Shown: positions 60,660-64,000 of the stretch, piece after piece
How positions within the stretch are numbered: position 1 is the first letter of the stretch
How the letters are laid out: every line of letters begins with the position of its first letter
Origin: Syntrophomonadaceae bacterium
GTDB lineage: Bacteria > Bacillota > Ch66 > Ch109
Direction: 5' to 3'
DNA: 64,000 nucleotides
Assembly: GCA_012519455.1 (NCBI GenBank)
Contig: JAAYQE010000119.1
Coordinates: forward strand, 159-64,158
The notes under the pieces: generated by a model
Told to the model about the DNA's origin: nothing
What the model saw: only the letters and a program-made list of their open reading frames with translations
Databases searched by the model: none
Made by a program: the position numbers and the translations under genes

Positions 60660-62276
60660 TTACTGTAGATCTTTAATAGTAAAATTCATTTTAATTTGCT
60701 TGCCTAATGGTGACCCAGTTAGGCTTTTGACCTTCGAACTGATGAAAAGGGTATAGGTCTGCCCTGGCTGATAGTAGAAAACTCCATCAGCCTTCATGAT
60801 AACCGAAAGCTTATTAAATGTTAGTTCCGGTTTTATATCTTCAACTATCTGGCCGGTCTCATCTTGGACATAAAAGTTATTAGAGGTAACTGTCTCCGGG
60901 TCGATTTCAGTACTAAAATTAATAATATAATTTTTATTAGTCGCTACGTTTGTTTTTTCTTCCCATAAAACGGTCTGCACTTGGCTACCAATAGTATCAT
61001 CGTCCATAATTAATACCCTGGTGCGAATGTTATCACCAATAATGGCGTTCCCCGTCACATTTCTCAGATATACATATAGGGTTTTAATATCCCCGGCCGC
61101 ATCATTATCCACAATTGTCACCGGGATGGTCATTGAGGTAACTCCAGGCTCGAAAACCAACGTGCCTTTAGTTTCAAGGTATTCATTCGGTGCTTTGGCA
61201 CTGCCATCTAGTGTGTAGTACTCCACAGTTACCGTTTCCTGCATATTGCCGGTGCGAGTAACGGTTATCATCGCCGTGCCGTCATTTTCCTTTACCTCCT
61301 GAGTAAGTTTTGAAAATTGAAGAACACCAGATTCGACTGACATAAAACTTGCGCCTTTGATAAATACGTTGGAATCAAAAATATAATCGCCCGCATCAGC
61401 GATAGCCATCCGGATCGTATTCATCTGGCCCACCTTAACAGGGGCAGTCACGGTCAGTACTGTAGTCAGACCGTCCATCTCCGTCATTATCTGACCACCG
61501 AATTCGTTGTCTCTATAATACTGATTGTGCAGATCGTTATTTATATTATTGATAGCTACCGGGAAGTCAGTATTAGGAATCAAAGCAATGTTCTTACCGT
61601 TAAGGAAAAAACCGAATACATCATTGAACTCGGTACCAACATACTCATTATATTCATCAGAAGAAAACACATAATCAAATGACAAAGTATTCTCAGAGGG
61701 AATAAAATCGAATTCAAGAATTGTAGCATCATTGGTTTCATATCCAGGAACTAGCAGGTTTAAGTGTTCATCACCGGCAAGATCGTTCACATGGGTCATA
61801 TTACCCTCAGCATTTGGACCATCCGCATACCGTATATTGCCGGTACTTAATATAACTCCCTCGTTAAAACCAATAATATTTCCATCCGCCGCGGTAAAGG
61901 AGCCTGCAGCAACGTCGGTGCCTGTGTATCTTACATTTACTATTTGTACACCTTCACCCATTATTTGCTGCACTAATTGCTCTGCTGTCTGCTTGGAAAG
62001 ATCCTTGGTGATAATATATTTAGTGCCTTTTTCGGGATATAAGTCCCCATCATTCCACCCGTCATCAATGTCATCAATGTCATCAAAACTCTGCGTTTTA
62101 ATGACATTATTAGCGACTAGGTCTATAGTTCGAGTTCTTTCCAAAGTATTCTCTTCCTGATTAGACCCTTGTGCGAAAGCCCTCGGCGATCCTATTGCAA
62201 AGATCAAGAAAAAAACCATCGCCGTTGCTATAGCTGTCGCAATTGTGGCCCCCATTTTACTTTTAGGCTTATTCAT
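60660..62276 (-). CDS. Secreted protein with an N-terminal beta-sandwich domain, a Calx-beta domain and a C-terminal Big_5 module
   Basis: Signal peptide (ATG at 62276, 9 nt after AAGGAGG). Calx-beta signature YYTLDGSAKAPNEYLETKGTLVFEPGVTSMTIPVTIVDNDAAGDIKTLYVYLRNVTGNAIIGD. C-terminal ...NYIINFSTEIDPETV...TYTLFISSKVKSLTGSPL...NFTIKD. Confidence 0.7.
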   Translation of the reverse strand: MNKPKSKMGATIATAIATAMVFFLIFAIGSPRAFAQGSNQEENTLERTRTIDLVANNVIKTQSFDDIDDIDDGWNDGDLYPEKGTKYIITKDLSKQTAEQLVQQIMGEGVQIVNVRYTGTDVAAGSFTAADGNIIGFNEGVILSTGNIRYADGPNAEGNMTHVNDLAGDEHLNLLVPGYETNDATILEFDFIPSENTLSFDYVFSSDEYNEYVGTEFNDVFGFFLNGKNIALIPNTDFPVAINNINNDLHNQYYRDNEFGGQIMTEMDGLTTVLTVTAPVKVGQMNTIRMAIADAGDYIFDSNVFIKGASFMSVESGVLQFSKLTQEVKENDGTAMITVTRTGNMQETVTVEYYTLDGSAKAPNEYLETKGTLVFEPGVTSMTIPVTIVDNDAAGDIKTLYVYLRNVTGNAIIGDNIRTRVLIMDDDTIGSQVQTVLWEEKTNVATNKNYIINFSTEIDPETVTSNNFYVQDETGQIVEDIKPELTFNKLSVIMKADGVFYYQPGQTYTLFISSKVKSLTGSPLGKQIKMNFTIKDLQ

Positions 62277-62361
62277 AGCCATTATCCTCCTTTTTTGTTA
62301 AACCTTATACAAAAATCTCTTTTCATTTTACCACATCAGGTAATAAATGTAACTACAAGAA

Positions 62362-64000
62362 CTATGGAATAACCGTAAACGACATTTTAATCGCCTTTTT
62401 CAAATTGCAATTGCTGGTTGATCGAACGCCTTTCTCAATATAAAGGAAATAATCACCGGGAAGGTAACCATCGGGATGCGGCATTATGACTATTTTATTA
62501 TTCTGGGCCTGGTGAGGGGAAGTGATGACTGCTTGGCCGAGAACCGTTTTTACATAGATGTTTTGGGAAAAACTTAATGGATCTACGTCCTGGTTTAAGG
62601 TAATAGTAAAAACATGATCTGGTTTTACGGTTAGCTTCTTTTCCCAAAGTTGATAATCCCCTACGGGAAGGGCAGAATATCTTTGATATTTGAAGGTCAT
62701 GCAAGTGACATTGCCATTCGTATCGAGGGTTAGGTCGATATGGGTAATTAAGAATTTGTAATAATGCTCACCTACTTTAGCCCAGTAGGCATGCCCAGAA
62801 ATAGCGGGAATCTCATCCGCATATCCGGAAGCGGGGGGAGTGATGAGCTGATCCAGAGTACTGCTGCCCATATCAATAAGGTTTCCTCTTAAGCTTGGAT
62901 TTGCAGACGTACCGACCAGTTCTAGATCGTCACTATATTGGTCCGGGTTTCCTGTCCAGAAGCTGAAAGCCTCGCCCTTAGTAAAGTCAAAAGCGGCCCC
63001 GGTGCTCCAGTGGTTACTCAAAATAATGGAGTCAGGGTCAGTATTAATATTAATGCTATAACTGGCACTGGCCGTAGCGCTGTCGTTCATGCCCTCTTTA
63101 CTGGCTTTGGCTTTGATGGTCAGGCTGTTGTTAACTTGGATAGGCGCTGTGTAGATGTTTGAGTTATCCGTTGGTTCTGTGCCATCAGTAGTATATCGAA
63201 TGGTGGCCCCATTAGTGGCTGAACTGATGGTTACCTGCTGGACCGTGGTGTAAGAACCGCCGACCGGGTTAAAAACTGGAGTTTCCACGCTTTCAACGGG
63301 AGTGTCCGACCTGCCGGCCGCATAACATACAAAGTAACTTTTCCCGTTGTAATTATTGTAGGCGGCAAAATAAATGCGTCCCTCTTGATCCATAATCAGG
63401 TTGGAGGTAATCGAACGGTAATCATCATCACTCGAGTTAATGGACTTTTGCCAGAGCAGCTGCCCGGAGGCATTTAATGCATAAAGATGGGCCGATTGGG
63501 CTCCAAAATAAACATTGTCTTTTGTATCGACAATTGGACTGCGGTATGGTGTGCCAAGTTCACTGACTTCCCAATTTTGTTGACCGTTAGATATATTGTA
63601 GGAAGACACCTTGCTGTCCGTCCATTCCAAGGCAATAGCCTGGTTATTCTCGTTTACAGCCGGTTCACCGCCTAAGCTTCGTCCTAGCTTGAGTTCGGCT
63701 GGCCAAAGCATTGCCCCCGTGACCGGGTTTAGTATGTACAACCCACTATAATAATGGTTTGCAATCAAGAGCGACCCGTCACTGGCCACAACCGGGGTTC
63801 TATTGGTATGCATATTACTAATAGACCAGACGATATCGCCGCTGGCCGCATTGAGTGCACTAACCGTTCCCCACTCATTTCCCGCATAGATTACTTTCTC
63901 GTCATTGGAAAGGGTACAACCATACAAGTAACCGCCGCCAATATCGGTATTCCAATACTCGGTTCCATCCTTCCCGTTAATTGCATAAATTTGGTTAGTC
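62362..64000 (-). CDS. Secreted PQQ-like beta-propeller protein with a chitobiase/Fn3-like (CHB_HEX_C-type) domain and a C-terminal Big_5 module; the 5' end lies beyond the window
   Basis: The frame stays open upstream of the ORF-track TTG at 63927 (...TNQIYAINGKDGTEYWNTDIGGGYLYGCT...). PQQ/BamB-like repeats (...GDIVWSISN..., ...GAMLWPAE..., ...GQLLWQKS...). IRYTTDGTEPTDNSNIYTAPIQVNNSLTIKAKA is a CHB_HEX_C-like motif. C-terminal ...HVFTITLNQDVDPLSF...DYFLYIEKGVRS...SFTVIP. Confidence 0.7.
   Translation of the reverse strand, partial: TNQIYAINGKDGTEYWNTDIGGGYLYGCTLSNDEKVIYAGNEWGTVSALNAASGDIVWSISNMHTNRTPVVASDGSLLIANHYYSGLYILNPVTGAMLWPAELKLGRSLGGEPAVNENNQAIALEWTDSKVSSYNISNGQQNWEVSELGTPYRSPIVDTKDNVYFGAQSAHLYALNASGQLLWQKSINSSDDDYRSITSNLIMDQEGRIYFAAYNNYNGKSYFVCYAAGRSDTPVESVETPVFNPVGGSYTTVQQVTISSATNGATIRYTTDGTEPTDNSNIYTAPIQVNNSLTIKAKASKEGMNDSATASASYSININTDPDSIILSNHWSTGAAFDFTKGEAFSFWTGNPDQYSDDLELVGTSANPSLRGNLIDMGSSTLDQLITPPASGYADEIPAISGHAYWAKVGEHYYKFLITHIDLTLDTNGNVTCMTFKYQRYSALPVGDYQLWEKKLTVKPDHVFTITLNQDVDPLSFSQNIYVKTVLGQAVITSPHQAQNNKIVIMPHPDGYLPGDYFLYIEKGVRSTSNCNLKKAIKMSFTVIP

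Overview
This 64-kb window looks like chromosomal DNA from a Gram-positive bacterium of the Firmicutes (Clostridia-like, with Bacillus-type synteny, about 50% GC). Positions 1-47,100 carry conserved housekeeping and regulatory loci, almost all on the minus strand: rnr (partial), an HD-domain hydrolase, a carboxylesterase, secG, the glycolytic block eno-gpmI-tpiA-pgk-gap, rpoN, whiA-yvcK-rapZ, pgi, a ROK glucokinase, uvrC, a 3D-domain wall-hydrolase-like gene, uvrA, an aminotransferase, uvrB, a tandem P-loop ATPase, and the flagellar/competence block csrA-fliW-yviE-flgL-flgK-flgN-flgM-yvyF-comFC-comFA. After these come codY, an orphan degU, a phosphohexomutase, a DUF421 gene, wecB and galU. No rRNA, tRNA or CRISPR array was seen. 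Two conserved genes, whiA and comFC, are each interrupted by a single in-frame stop codon. Positions 47,100-64,000 form an accessory-looking block. It contains at least six large secreted proteins with very different 'head' domains (LRR, three kinds of beta-propeller, a Calx-beta protein, and a thermolysin-like HExxH-x19-E metalloprotease with PKD and LRR repeats). All six share one homologous Big_5/SbsA-Ig-like module of about 90 aa. Interspersed are a PerR-like Fur-family regulator in an AT-rich island, a lipoprotein, a stalk-like acidic-repeat protein, and an IS200/RAYT-like Y1 transposase element flanked by inverted hairpins. This shared-module secreted-protein array is the best candidate here for an undescribed system. 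All calls rest on motif recognition by eye in the six-frame translations; no database search was possible.
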